Below are positions 11,161-25,331 of a stretch of DNA of 64,000 nt, piece by piece (the stretch's first letter is position 1; every line of letters starts with the position of its first letter). A program made the position numbers and the translations under genes. The DNA is taken from NCBI GenBank assembly GCA_051362555.1, contig CM120645.1:16740001-16804000 (forward strand), in the 5' to 3' direction. Source of the stretch: Lingula anatina. Its lineage: Eukaryota; Animalia; Brachiopoda. The notes beneath the pieces were generated by a model. It saw only the letters and a program-made list of their open reading frames with translations, had not been told where the DNA came from and ran no database searches.

Positions 11161-13630
11161 CCATTGGTGGCAGTCGATTGGTAGGGGCCTACAGTTGGAT
11201 TGGCTATGGTTGGATTGTTGAAAAGTTATTTTGGCACCGAGAGGTTCTGTTCTGGTCCTACACTCTGTGAATGTCCTTCATGATTTATCAAACGAGGTTC
11301 CTTGGCTGGCTCTGGTTTGGCCCTGAGAATGTTTTCTGCGGTATAATGTTTTACGAAATTTGGAAACCTGGTATTGTGTCGTTCAAGGGGAAGGGTTAGC
11401 TACTTGTAGTTTTAGCAACCCTATTCACTGTCTTGCTGCGAGATCAACAGATCAACAAAATATGGGTCATATTTTACAGCATAAATTGAAAAACATAAAT
11501 ATCAGAAAAAAACTTGTGTCTATATTACTTAATTTGTAACTCTTTGTTAAAGATTCCTTTCATGCCTTCACCCCACCCGATGACTTGTAATTGATGCTTC
11601 TATTTCTTGTTTAATGAGAAAGACGAGAGCATAAATTACCTCATCCCAACTGCCAGAGGACATCTTTTCATATTGCCCGAAAAAATGATGCCTGAGCGTA
11701 TTTTTCTGCTTATATTCTGTGCTGTTTACAAATGGGGCAGATAAGTAGATCAGATAAATAGGTCAAATTAACGGCCAAAATATTACAAGTTCATGTAAAA
11801 CTGTCGACCGCATTAAAATTGTAGGGATTTCAAATTATAATACCCCACTGAATCGACCAAAAAACTCACAACATGCATTTGCTGACCATAAAAATGGGTT
11901 GCCCTAAATTGTAAAAATAAGCAGCTTCCTACGTAAACATCAAATCAAATAAAGATGGCTCCCTCTAAATACGATAGCAAAGTTTGGGTACATGAAATTC
12001 GTAATACAATACACATAAATATATGCAAAAAAAATAAGTATATATGGTAGAGGAGCATCTTTTTTAACGTTTTGTCGGGTCAGTGTTCTTGGTGAAGCAA
12101 CTAATGCAATTCGCAAAGCGCAGCTAGCTCTATCGCATCACTATACCTTTTCGGAATATCGAATCTGTATAAGAGAACCCTTAGGGGTAGCGAACCCTTT
12201 GATTTCAAAATAGCGGACTCTTGTAATATCGAACCCTAGATGGGTGCACTTCTTTATAATGAAGGTTCACTATTACGAAGGCTCAGTATTCTGAAGGTTT
12301 GCATTTCCCAAATACGCGCCGAGAGGAGCGCAAAAAAGAAAGACCGTAAAAGAAAATACGCGTTAAAGTCGATGTGTACTTCCTCTGCACTTTATTTAAT
12401 GCATCATCATGAAATTCGCTAAATTCGGTGCAGACTTTTTTGGTGATAGATGAATGAAAGCGAAATTTAATTATCATGAAATTAAATTATAATTTTGCAA
12501 TTAGACCTGCTTAATAATATAATACTGACTTATAGTATTATTTCCTCAATTTGCTTTTGACCTCATGTTTACACAGTATTTTTAGCTAGAATCTCAATTT
12601 AGTAGCAAAGGGCACCTTATTTTCAAGATTTTCAGGATTAATCAGTCGTGTAGTGTTTTCAAATTTTGACTATATTTGATATTTTCCTTTTCTTGATAAT
12701 TCGATGTTGCAATTCATTCACATTAGCACGTTTTGTCGTATTATTTTACGGCTTGTGTTCGTTAAATAAAAATTAAAGTAACACGAGCAAAAAAAACTTA
12801 TCTATTGATGGTAAACTTAACCTTTCATTAAAGAAACATTTCATGATTGTTTTTTTTTTTCGGGGGGGGGGGGTTAAAATTTTTCCGCGTTATAAGTCAG
12901 GATTTGTGCTCTTTGCTTGTGTGAGAAAAAATATTTTGTCTAAAATTTTTGTTTTATTCGTTAACATTCATTCAGAAATGATACATTCTCATGCTTTTCA
13001 TCAATACAGCACGTCTAAATATATCAATCTGAAGATACCATCAATCATTGAACTTGTTACTAGATCAATAAAGCAAGTAAAGTTATTTATACTACTGAGC
13101 AACACCAGTCCTGAGACCTGCCAAATTACAGTTCATAATAAATTAATATGATACACCTCCCCCCCCCCCCCCCCCCCCATCATCCGCTCCCGCAACTACG
13201 TCGCGCTGTACTTGTCTACGTGCATTGTTGGTCACGCTAGAATACGTACAAGTCATTTTGAAGTGTAAATAGACAATAAATCATTCACTTTCTTTTCACA
13301 TCTGCACATAATGTCATTTAATGTTTAAATGATGGTTTTTTAAAAAGAATTAAGTTCAAATTTATGTTTAATTCAAAGAACTAACATGAGCATGTGACTT
13401 ATTTCCGGAGCAATTTAGGTAAATAGAAATCAAAAGAAGACATGTTGAGAATGATGCACGTGCACCATTTTAGTTTGATTGTATTCAGCGAGAGTCCATG
13501 GTGAAAGATGTAATGATGAGTAATGATGCTGCTTTAAGGGCAGATTCTGCTTGACAAAATCCGTGCTTGCGTTTTCGGTCAAGATTTATATAATCTCCAG
13601 ATGGAATAGAAGGTAACAGGTACTGTGTCT

Positions 13631-13666
<36 letters not shown>

Positions 13667-13963
13667 CAAAAGAGACGTTAAAGATAGATAAAAAACTTTT
13701 ATTTTAAATTCAGGTTCTCAGATTATATAAATAATTACTCAATCAATCTCTACACTCAATCTCTACACGTGTTCGTGTTATAAGCTCCCCTCTTTACATA
13801 ATTATTCCGATTCTCTTTTCAGGTGTTTTTATTGATTATTGTTGTTGGTATATACAGTTTGAGTTTTCCATGTACATGTGTATAGTGCCAGCTACCTTCC
13901 CCTCAGAGTAGACCGTGCAGGCATCGCACCAGATATATATATATATATATATACCGGTACTGG

Positions 13964-14331
13964 ATGAAACAGAGACGTGCTGTGATGAGAGGTCGTCAGA
14001 GATGGGGTCAACTTCTCGTGCTGATGGTCACGGCGTTCGTCTGCTTTAACGTGTGGTTAACTCTGCGACTGAAGACCAACACCAGTCCAGCTGAAAGTAG
14101 TGACGTCATAGGTACAGTCTGGTCTGTTTTATAATTATGACTTGTGAGTTATGGATAATTATCATACCCAGAGTTTGAGGAATTACTGAACGAAACCAGC
14201 CATATCCTGACAGGATACAGACAAGTCACGGCTTAGCTAAGAATGCAGTTTATACCAAAATTAAATTTTATTTAAACGAATATTTGAAAAAAAAAGAAAA
14301 ACTTTGTTAGAACTTGTTTGATAATGGTGTA

Positions 14332-14383
<52 letters not shown>

Positions 14384-15086
14384 AGGGGGAATGAACATAA
14401 TTTGTCGCCGGACATAGTCACCGACACTTATTTGAGTTTCTTTTATTTCACCAAATAGTATCCTACAGCAAATATTTGGAGTTCATTAATACATGTATAT
14501 TAATAAATAGTATATTTTGTTCTTTCTCTTCACTTACCCCTAAATCATTGTGAATATAAGTCTGTGGACAGTGGGCAAAGTCGAGCAGAGTGTCCGATAC
14601 TGTCAGTTGGTTATGCAAAATTTTCAGTTGCTGCATTTTCGTCCACCTCTCACATACCGACAGAACAATCTTTGCTTCACGGCACAATAATACAGTACCA
14701 GCAGAATTTTTTCGGGTCGATGGCGCAGTGGCTTTGCGTCTGAATACTAGAATTAGCCACTTGGGTTAGATGCCGACTCCCAATGAGACTATCGTTCTAC
14801 GCAGATGGATTAAACTCAGCGGGAACTCTTGCTGAATGTGTTCAGATTAAACAATTAACACGCCCCCTCTTGTTTCCAAAGAACTCGCATTATTACCAGT
14901 GTTTCTGTATTCTACTCGACACATGTTAATCTGTTTATCTGATTGCATTAAGCGAGAGTCCCCGCAGAGTTGGATCGATATACGTAGAACAATATTTTCA
15001 TTGGGAATGAGTCCTTAGACCCCGACTTTTGGTCTGGCGGGACAATGGTTGTTTGTAAGGAGTTCCGTCTTGACTTGGGTGTATGT

Positions 15087-15144
<58 letters not shown>

Positions 15145-16757
15145 CTTTTGGGGGGGAGTATCAAAAGCAAAGGGGAGGGACGGGCATGTGACCCTATGAT
15201 TGCCCCCCCTCCCACCCCATTGTGATTTAAAACAACTGAAAACACATTTTTGAGACATAAACCTACGGACGAATAATCTTCCGTTTATGTTACTTTCGGT
15301 GTACTTCAACGTCAACCCAGCTGGAAAACATTAGTTTTACAATTTTACACTTTTTTTTCATGGCGACGCCCGCAGGTACCATACCTTTCTGTCACCTACA
15401 GAGGTGTTCAGGGGCGGATCCAGGATTACTTGGGGGGGGGGGGGGGGTTCGGAACGGCAGGCCTCGGATGCAAAGACGACCATCGCCCCCTTGGAGTGGG
15501 GTTCGGGGCCTGTTCAAGGGCCCCGAAAAATTATTGGTGTTTTTGACAGCAAACAGTGCCTTTTGGTACGGTTTAGAACTATAAACTAGCTAATCAAAAT
15601 TTTAAGAGGGGAATATTGGTGTGATATATTTTTCAGAAACCCAAGGGGGGGTCAGGACCCCCCTGACCCCCCCTCTAAATGATATTGTTTTTCTTATTAT
15701 TATTTTCATCATTGCCGATGTTGTTGTTGTTGCTGCTTTTGTTGTTATTGTAATCATGACATCGATTATGTAGATAAATCATATTTTGCAACAAACAATA
15801 TAATGATTTTTGTGTGTTTCAGTTATTAACGCAAGAGCTCGCCAAAGTGAAAGAAATACTAAAGACGTGCTGGGGCATTTCACGCCTGATGCTACTCCCT
15901 CAAAGCCACCAGTACCGCTTTTACCACAAACACAACTCAGTGACAATTACAACCTCACCATCGTTACTGCGTCCAACAAAAAATTTTACAAAGCATTGGT
16001 TAACTTTGTTGGGTCCGTGCACTTCTGGGAACCCTCCACAAATCTCGTTATTTATGACTTGGGTCTCCGAGAATCGCAACGAGAGTTCATCCAAACATGG
16101 TGCCGCACGGAACTCTTAAAATTCGATTTCAAATCGTTTCCGCCCCACTTTGCGACCGTGGATCAATTTGCTTGGAAACCGATCATAATCAGAGAGGCGG
16201 TCCGAAGATTTGGGGTCATCCTGTGGTCGGACGCAGGGAGCGATATTCGTGGCCCTCTCACCAAAATACGAGAATATCTCCACCTGGACAAATATTTCTT
16301 TGTGCAGGGTCAAGACACAGACATGGTAGAAACGTGCCACAAAATGATGTTCGATTACTTGCATCAAAACGTCACACGTTTCAAAGGAAAATATTCATAT
16401 GCCGGGGGACTTCACGGCTGGGTAAAAGACAGCCGTGCTTTCAATGAAATCCTCCAGCCCTGGGTGACATGCGCAATGAATGTAGACTGCATATCCCCCA
16501 ATGGCGCAAGTTTGTACGATCACCGGTTCGATCAGTCTGCCTTGTCTATCCTCGCCCATTCCTCTGGGCTGAATATCACGGCTCACACCGAGCTTCTGGC
16601 GGCCCACAGAAGTCAAGTTAATAAAGACAAGAGCGTGGAGAGCCCCATGGTAGTTCACACAGCCCGGGGAAGGAATAGAGACTATATGGAATTTTTATGT
16701 TATGACATTAGCAAGTGGGACAGAAAAAGGGAGGGTAGAGATATTAATTTTTATTGA
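13964..16757 (+). CDS. DUF1647-like type II membrane protein (putative GT-A-fold transferase), paralog 1; join 13964..14111, 15823..16757; 360 aa
   Basis: Exon 1 MKQRRAVMRGRQRWGQLLVLMVTAFVCFNVWLTL (basic tail plus TM), donor G|GTACAG, acceptor TTTCAG, phase 1 join. Motifs IVTAS, VIYDLGL, FAWKP, WSDAG, HRFDQS. Alternative in-frame ATG at 13985. Confidence 0.85.
14714..15085 (+). mobile_element. tRNA-derived SINE relic interrupted by a MITE
   Basis: A-box-like TGGCGCAGTGG; B-box-like GGGTTA|GACCCC split by the 14769-15014 MITE; downstream body matches 20149-20193. Confidence 0.4.
14769..15014. mobile_element. PIF/Harbinger-type MITE, family B (long palindromic arms)
   Basis: Arms CTCCCAATGAGACTATCGTTCTACG... 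and ...CGTAGAACAATATTTTCATTGGGAATGAGTCC are complementary; TTA on both sides; half copy at 63348-63427. Confidence 0.75.
15088..15141. repeat. (AT)n microsatellite
   Basis: Direct reading. Confidence 0.95.
15409..15680. mobile_element. hAT-type MITE, right end truncated
   Basis: Starts CAGGGGCGGATCCAGGAT plus a G-run; ends GGGGGGTCAGGACCCCCCTGACCCCCCCTCTAAAT, typical of this MITE class, but the terminal CCGCCCCTG is missing. Confidence 0.55.
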
Positions 16758-19700
16758 TTTTAATTGCATTTTAATGTATAAACATATAAGTGATTTTTTA
16801 GTGAACAGAAACTTGTATGAAGAGGAGCGCGCTTCTGCGGTAGAAATGATGTTGTAATGAGTAGGCCATTACAGTCTAGTAAAAAGAGAAACAAGCGCTT
16901 CTTCTCATCTGTCAAACTTTTACTGTTATCCTCCTAAAACGATACTCCACAAGATCCACACAATGGTAATTGTGCCCCGTTCACTGCTGTTTTGTTATTC
17001 GTTTCCATTACCTCCATACCTCGACCCCTTCACCTCAATCATATCAGCTCGACCTCCAGGTCATCCACCCTGGGAGTCACGGTACTCTCTGAGACAGCAC
17101 GTCTGTTCTGGGATAGGGCACGTTCTCTGTCTGGCCTCCGAACTTCAGGGCGAGCATAGCCTATTCTCCTCCTACATGGTTATCGTCATTGATTTTTGCT
17201 TTTGTTTGATTGAACAGTTTTATAAAGTTAAGGATGCTATGAATTTTTACAGGAAAATTTCACGCAAAGATAGAGCTGGCGAGGAGAGCAACTCAAAACG
17301 GAAATATTCAGGCATGGGCCTAAGTTTCGGTGGAGGGGGGGGGGGGGTGCTATGCAATATAAGGAGATTTTCTTTGTTTTGGTCATTTTTCCTCCCCTGG
17401 GATGATACAGGGCCTTGCACTGATGTGTTTTCATTTATGTCTTCACGTGTTTTGTACATTACTGAACTATCTTTTTAACTCAATAGTGAATAACAATAAA
17501 TGGGTAAATAAGACTATGAATAAACTATTATATACTAAGTAATACTAGAATTAGTTACCGAAATAATAATAGTCTACTTCCGTGAGGAGTGAAATAACCT
17601 GCTAGAGATTTGAAAGTCAAAAGAACCGTTTTGGTTATTATTTTCGACATGATCAGCCAGTGCAAGTTAAAGATAATTCGTGTGATATGCGCAAATTTTA
17701 CAAATTGTTTAACAATCTTTCTAAAATATCTAGCGTTGAAAGGGATGGATGGAAGCTTGTACAAAATGGCGAGAATTATATATATTTCATTTCTGATATC
17801 CAGATTCCTTGCTGATGCAAACTCATGTTTTCATATTCACAAAATAATTTTTACTGAAGAAAATTAAAAATCATGAATTTGGCGTGTAAAAAGCATGACC
17901 GCACTTAACTCCAACTACTGAGAAAGTGGATGTTGTTTCACACTAACTAAGTGCGTGTGGATCTGCTTTTAACTTGATTTAAGTGTTTGTGTTTTGCGGT
18001 TTACATTAAACCGAACTGATACATAATTGGTGTGTGCAAGTTTTTCAAAAATAATTTTGCAGATTTGTGGTTCACTTTATGCAACCAGTTTGACGCGAAA
18101 AAAACATGAGTTGAACATAACGCATACTAAATACCTCTGTTGTTTTAATCTGATATCGCTTCATGTGCCTTAACGTGCTTGCCTCGAAGTGCACTTTTAA
18201 CTGATATGCCCTTACTAATGTTACCTTTGTGCTTTTCAAAATAATTTCAAAGGCAATTTTAATGTAATAATTTTGACCTTGAGAGAACACAAACAAACCG
18301 TCCCTAATAAGTCTGTTTAGAAACTAAATAAGTGCTTGGCCTCAATGTTTGTTCCCATTCCTGTACACGCATACCAACGGGGTTATGTTTTTATCATTCC
18401 GACAAACAAGAAGAGATTAAAAGCTTAATTATAACAAATTAGGCAACTACGCTACAATTTTAGGTCCAGTATACTTTTTTGATACTAGCAAGCGCCGATG
18501 AGTAGGAAGTTTTAGGTAAATAAAGATAAAATAACCATACAACCTTTGAGTAGCCAGTTCTGTGCCTTTTTTCTTATTCAGAGCATTGGTCTAGGTCTTT
18601 TCTTAATGATTTCTGGTCTTATTCTGTTTTACCTTTTGTGTACTGAATTTTGACAGCATGACAATAAAATTAATCAGACTCCGCAAATCTTTATTTGTTA
18701 TTTATCGTTTTTTTCACATATAGAAAGAGAGACAAAGAAACTGATAATCAACAATCAGGATGCAAAATAAATTGTGTTGTTTCAGCTGGAATGGTGCAAC
18801 TGACAACAATTTTTAATAAAACCGTTCAACATAAGCAAAACGCTGACCTCCATGACTACCCCATATCCTCCTTCAAAGAAGGGGTCCACAGCACCATGTT
18901 TCATATTCGAAAATTGAGCCACCCTGTCAAGAATCCCCATAATGCAATGTTTTCCGTATGTGTAAAACTTACCCCAGACTTGGATATTTTGCCTGACGGT
19001 TTATGATAGTGACGAATGGCAATTATTTTTATTGGACCAATTGAAATAAAAAAAAATTGAACATGAAAACGCGTTATGTTTAGTGTAAGTGGCAAAGGAA
19101 AATTATGGCAGATAAAATAAATGGCTATCATCACTTATCATGACTTAGTTTACTTCACCACCCATCTTCTCAAGCCTAGTTACTCGGACAATGTGGAAGA
19201 TTAAACATCCATAAAGTGACTTTGCAATTACTTCTTTTCTTATCGCTTTTAAAAGTTATAAAGCAAGAAAAAAGTTAAACTTCTTTAGATAAATGTGAAT
19301 TACTGCCAAGATAAAAGCATTCCGGTTATAGGTTTATTATCCTCTTACATACAGTAAATGCTTATAAAATGAAAAAAAGTTTTCTCAAGTAGGGTGAGTA
19401 TCGCCCTAATACAAAAGTAACCTTTGCTTGTCACGAACAGTTGAATGTAAAAATATTTTCAAAATCATTGAAAAAAGGCTTATAGTACTTATCCTATGCC
19501 AAGACAAAATATAGCATTATTTAACGGGACCTTGTTTTCAAGGCGTGCAACTATAGCTCAACAAAAACTTGTAAGTAGCGTAGCAGGGACCAATTACAAA
19601 ATGATTTAAAAGTAGGTATTAACTTAAAGATCGAACAATGTATTTTAGTTTAACAAAACAATTTGTTATAAAATAATAAATCTCAGGGGTTGGGGTGATA

Positions 19701-20927
19701 TAGCGCTAAATAAAGTTATCAAAGGGACCCTTATGCAAAAAGAATACTACAGACTATTGTACCTGCAACAGGTGTGCCGACCTAAGAATACCTTTGTCAA
19801 TATTTTCCCTTTGTTCAGATTTTTTAACCGCGTTCGCTCAAGCGTCTTTTTAGTTATTATCGCAAAGAAGAAGGTTGTTCTAACCGCCATGTTATTTATC
19901 ACATAAGGTGCTAGTACAATAACCCAAAGCCCATAAGTGAATAATAGGGCTTCTATCAGGAACGGTGAACTCCGATTTGGTCGTGTCGGATCTAGTAAAA
20001 CATGAGTTCTTGGTAAGTTTCCGCATTTTGTTAGTCGTTAAACTGTAAAGGGGGCAGATAATTTTGGAGAAGAAAGTGTGTACACAAGATATCGATAAAA
20101 TGGGGTTATTTACACATCAACAGGAAATGTAATGCAGTTGCACACTCCGGGACTATGGTTTATTTGTAAGGAAGTACCGTCTTGACTTGGATATACTGGA
20201 TATAACTACACCAAATCTACGAAGTTCGAATAGCCCGGTTGCTTATTACTGATCGAAGATGGGACAACTCAAGAGGCGTGGTCCGTGTGTCCTAGACTGG
20301 TTCAAGGCCCAGATGATTTTGTGCTTATACACAGAATATGCACAGACACCAGCTTGGCTTCCTTTATAAGTGCATGACTTATGGTCTGAAATGAATTTCA
20401 CAAAGGGTTAAATGAAGGTATGGAACATGCACATTTCGCAGCGCAAATCACCTGTATTAGATGACCCAGTTTGCGGAATTTAACTACATTACACAGACTA
20501 ATGATAGCAATACATATAGCAATGTTCACCCACGACAATCGAGTAAAATTTACTGTTTTGCCGTGAAAATACATTTAAATATAAATCAAGAATTAGATGA
20601 TTAAATAATCGTGTAACAAGACAATGGCGGGTCCTGGAGAAAACTGCGTACATACCTTTATCCCCCTCCTCTCCAGTCCCTTCCTTCTCTAGCAGACTAC
20701 GTACGTCTCCCCCCTCTCCCCCCTCCCCCCCCCCCCCCCACCAAAAAAAAGTACTTATAATAAAGAAAAAGAATAAGCAGGATAGCGAGCGAAAGGAGAC
20801 AAAACCAAGTAGGTTTTCCATCCCTGTGCCATACACATTATGGTAAAATTGTTTTCTGCTTTATTGTTTTATACATGTTTAAATCCTTGTGCGCCATCCT
20901 TGGCAATGTCCTGGATAAACCAGTGTG

Positions 20928-21063
20928 CAGGCCCGTAGCCAGCAATTTCAAAAGGGGGGTTCTTTTTCTGAAAAAGTGGACCTTTTCCCATAAAAACATA
21001 ATATACCTAGTTCAATTTTTACCCAGAGTGGACCTTTTCCCAGCAAAAGGGGCTACGGGCCTG
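20928..21063. mobile_element. hAT-type MITE
   Basis: Perfect 13-bp TIR CAGGCCCGTAGCC...GGCTACGGGCCTG; AGTGTG on both sides. Confidence 0.75.
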
Positions 21064-21064
21064 A

Positions 21065-21084
21065 GTGTGTGTGTGTGTGTGTGC

Positions 21085-21147
<63 letters not shown>
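21065..21147. repeat. Compound (GT)n(GA)n microsatellite
   Basis: Direct reading. Confidence 0.95.
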
Positions 21148-21153
<6 letters not shown>

Positions 21154-22780
21154 AATAAACAGATATTTATTCGTGAAACACGAGGGCCACAGTTAATTAC
21201 GAACACTGGTTACGGGGAAACGTAATCACGCGGCAAATATGCCAATCACACCGCCCAGCATTGTCACTTTGATGACGGCACAATCTTCATGTTTGTCTCT
21301 CTGAATACACGCCGTGTGTACAGGGGAACACTAATCGACTTACATTCACGTGTTACTAATGCTCGCTTGCGTGGGAGCCTCACCGCAAACATACAGGTAA
21401 CATTTAGGGTAACAGTTTCTGAGAAGTGTCATTTTTCAAGTTAGACTCGCCTCCATGACGGCGTTGAATCAGATCAAGCTACTATTTTTCTCAAGGTGAA
21501 TGCTTCGACTTTTCTTGTCGCTATTCGACCCCACATGATACACGTTTGTTTAGAGGCAGCGTTCACCTGTAGAGGCAAATTCCCCAATTTTCAGTATTGC
21601 TACACATTCTACTTGTACTGTCATTTTGGAGCTTCATTCCGCTCGATGAACACGTATTTTCAAACAGTCCGTTGATGCATGTAACTAACAAATACTGGAC
21701 TAGGATAGGCTACTATTGAGCTGTAGGTCTACGGTTAATTTTATGGTTAGAGTTTCGTTTCTTAGTAATGTCCTTTGGGTTGAACCGGTTGGATTCTTTG
21801 CCTAAACGCGTTATTTTTCATCTTTTGAAAAGAAGCCGGATATGGAATTTAACCCAGATAATTTAGATTTATCTTTTATCAGTTTGTAAAATTTCAAGCG
21901 TATAGGCTATATCTCCAAGGGCAAGTAGGCCTAATTTTTTTGTATATTGACCTTATCTAGAAATCCTTTCGTTGTAAATCATGTAACAGTGACTTTTGAC
22001 ATATTAGTTACCTTAAAATGTTAGCGTAGAAAGATTTATAGCCTCTACCATAACGTTAGTGCAGACATTTTCACTGTACTTTTCTTCGTTTTTCTTTTTT
22101 GTGCTAAACCTCCTATATCAGTGGTGCACTGCTCCTTATATAAAATCCACTGGCTTACTGCAGATTCAGCAAAAAAAAAAAATAATAATAATAATAATTA
22201 TTATTATAAATGAAAATAAATAAATAAATAAATAGATAAAATAAAATAAAATAAAAGACTTATTACGACCAAAATATTGTGTTATGATCTAATTGAATGC
22301 AATCGAATTTTCAAAAATTATCTACTTTTAAAAACTACATGCAACGCTTCATTTGTTTATATTTTGATCGCTAGATGTCCGATATCGATATTCCAAGACA
22401 AAATGTTAATGCTAAGTTACAATGAGATTGGATTTTAATTCTGTAACGGTTCCTCATGATACATTTCATTACTCGGGAAAATTAACCTGTGTTATATTTT
22501 GCTTCATTTTGACGTCAATAGCGATGTTGATGATTGTTTCGTGTCTTGGATCAAGTGATACTGATCTCTTTTTGTGGAAGAGTTCCCCGCGCGCGTGAGT
22601 TCATACCACTTTACGTCAAACTTAGAATATGGATTTTTTCGTGAAACACCTTTGGTCGACTAAATTTCAACAGGGTTTGGTTACACCCCTTCCTATTTTA
22701 AGAAGCTGAAAAACACTTTTGTTATAATGGAGGCCAAAAGATAAACCTTTTAAACGGGAGTAGGAGGGTCCGCTTTTTTC

Positions 22781-22784
<4 letters not shown>

Positions 22785-22868
<84 letters not shown>

Positions 22869-22872
22869 TTTT
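22785..22872. repeat. (TA)n microsatellite followed by poly-T
   Basis: Direct reading. Confidence 0.95.
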
Positions 22873-24487
22873 AAGAAGACAGCTGGACAGTAGGCCTATT
22901 TTGAACTCTGTGCTGGCCACCACACCTCAGTAAGTAATAGAGAGGGTACTTCTGCAGTTAAATATTATTAGGAAGGCATGAAGTTTATGTAAAAGAATGT
23001 TAAAATTAGAAAATGGATTGCCAAGTTAATTTCTTTGAGCATCGGAGAGATAGCTCAAAATCGCATCACAAATTGATTTAGAAAAAAAGGATGGATATTA
23101 CAGAGTTGTACGGTGTGTGTGTGTGTGTGTCTTTGCTGTAAAAATACCGGAGAGTAGTATATAATAGTAACATTATCAAACAGGAAATCAATATATACCA
23201 CTGATGCAGTACATCCTTGGTGTCTGTAATGGGTCCATGTTTCTCACTGTCGTGTGGTAATTAATTATTCTTGGTACCTTTACAATACCCCCCGCCCCTC
23301 AATCGAAAAATCGAGATCAAATATGAGATGACTCCCAATAACAAATCTCGTGTCAGTAGTTTCGATTTTATCTTATTCCCTATTGAAGCCTCATGTATAA
23401 CTCATGAGCTGCGTCCCTGGCTCGCAGGGAACACTGCACAGTCAACACGCAAAGCTTTTTCAGTCGATGTCATTTTCCTTGAATGATCGACGTATCAATT
23501 GAGCTGGCGCTTTGGTGATCTCTTCAGCAACTTTCAGAGAATAGGACTTAGTTAAAAGGCGTTTCCTTGCTTTAATAAGACGTAAGTGATAGCAACTAAG
23601 TGGCATTTTACTAGTTTTGTATCGTTATTGCCTGATGTTTACGGATCTACCATTGAAATGTATGATTTTCAAGAGTAGGATAAATCATAGAGTAGGATTT
23701 CGGATTTGCTTTACTAATGTAAACACGAGAAAGAGTCCTTTTTTCAAATGCATGTAAAAAATATTTGTTTGACATTATGAAATATGTGGGATTTGGAGGA
23801 GACAGTTCTAAATTATTTTCTCATACAAAAACGCTCTGCCTTTGTCCATTGATAATTTCAGCTAAAATTAGCATCCACGTAGAGTTTTTCAGGAACAAGC
23901 GTAATTGAAATGTTACAATTGCTTACGTTAACTCATATCCGATGTGAAAATATAACAAGGAATCGACCTATTTGTCGTGTTGTAGTTAATTAAAACGGTA
24001 AATTGCAGACGAGCGACTATTTTGGGCTTCATTGATATTGGTTTCTTGATGATGGTTGGGGGAACCTAGTTTTTATTCCTTCCTTCAGCGTTCATTTTGA
24101 CAGAATCACCAAGTGACAGAGTGCATCACCTTGATATGCACAGTCACAGCTGTTTTTACATATTCTGACTGTTAACATGACGTAACAGAAACGGAATTAT
24201 ATAAGGAAGCAATTTAAGAGAAAGCGTTAGCGTTGCTTTGCCCAAGCTATGTTTATGCAGACAAGGCGTGCATAATTCATTATACAACAAACATTGAGAG
24301 ACATCTGTGTATTGTTCTTATATAGTGAGATAAAAAGACAACAAAAAAGTTTTTTCCCAGTTGAGTTTTCATAATTTGCTTGTCTATGAATTCAGATTTG
24401 AATCTGTTCGCCTCTTCCAGATTTGTGTCAGATTTGTGAGATCACGCAGGGAGGGTGTGCCGGCCTTGAGGTGGCTGCCGTGTGACG

Positions 24488-24597
24488 ATGAGACGCCGGT
24501 GGTGCAGAGTAGCTACGACGTACCTCGTGGTTTTTGTGGGGTTCAACCTTCTAATCCTGTGGAGTGTCACCTCTCCGTATAACCCGGAAGGTGAGGC

Positions 24598-24657
<60 letters not shown>

Positions 24658-25267
24658 AGATACATGAATAAAAGGATCGACGTTAGCTGAATGAATCTCG
24701 TTAGCGGTTTTTATGCACATCTATTTTCGGCATTCCTCTCAATGGTGGTGTACTGCTTTTTTAGCCAACTCATGACGTACAGTGTCCTTTTTATCAGTTT
24801 TGAAATGATAATTATTTAGAAAAGGAAAAGGAAAACACTGTTTCGAGGACTTTAACTGGATTTCACTCAGAACTGCCTACGGCATTCGGATGGAACCAAA
24901 CGGAATCGAACTAAAATGTATTTTGTGATATGACTTCGCTGTCACTTCCCGTGCCAACTTTTTAGACCCTTTGATCCCAGGAGAACGCGAAGATCTCAGG
25001 AAAACGTATGGATCTGTGCAGCTATCGATCTCGCTGTTAAGACAAAGGCTTTCACTATCACATTTTCCCCATTTTAATTTTATGAAAATGTTGATAGTGG
25101 TAGATTGATCCTATAAAGTAAACTTGACTCAACAATTACGCCATGGCCCTAATCAATGCGGTCTCTTTCGTCTAAAACGATCAGTTTGTTTAAAAGCTAT
25201 TCTTGTGTTTTGTCCATTTTGTGTCATAAGCAACGTTTTTTACTCGTGAATATCTTCTAAATTTTTG

Positions 25268-25331
<64 letters not shown>

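Larger units (their letters stand above)
10810..12510 (+). repeat. Direct duplication block, copy 2
   Basis: Collinear with 4550-6595; lacks the 547-bp insertion and has extra segments at ~11035-11200 and ~11610-11715. Confidence 0.9.

Noticed and set aside
4550-12510. Intact LTR retrotransposon
   Set aside because: No gag/pol, PBS or TSD; copy 2 does not end in CA; the repeats are mosaics of DNA-transposon fragments.
14333-14381. Long poly-A (also 10647-10675) as a retrocopy tail
   Set aside because: No recognisable upstream retroposed body or TSD; lengths may be inflated by sequencing.
15810-15822. ORF-track starts of the DUF1647 proteins (15810 and 25913)
   Set aside because: They are TTG codons in intron sequence upstream of the acceptors; upstream TM-encoding exons splice in frame.
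16963-17478. 171-aa ORF after DUF1647 paralog 1, and ORFs at 26985-27426 after paralog 2
   Set aside because: They lie in probable 3' UTRs, contain homopolymer-derived runs and show no recognisable domain.
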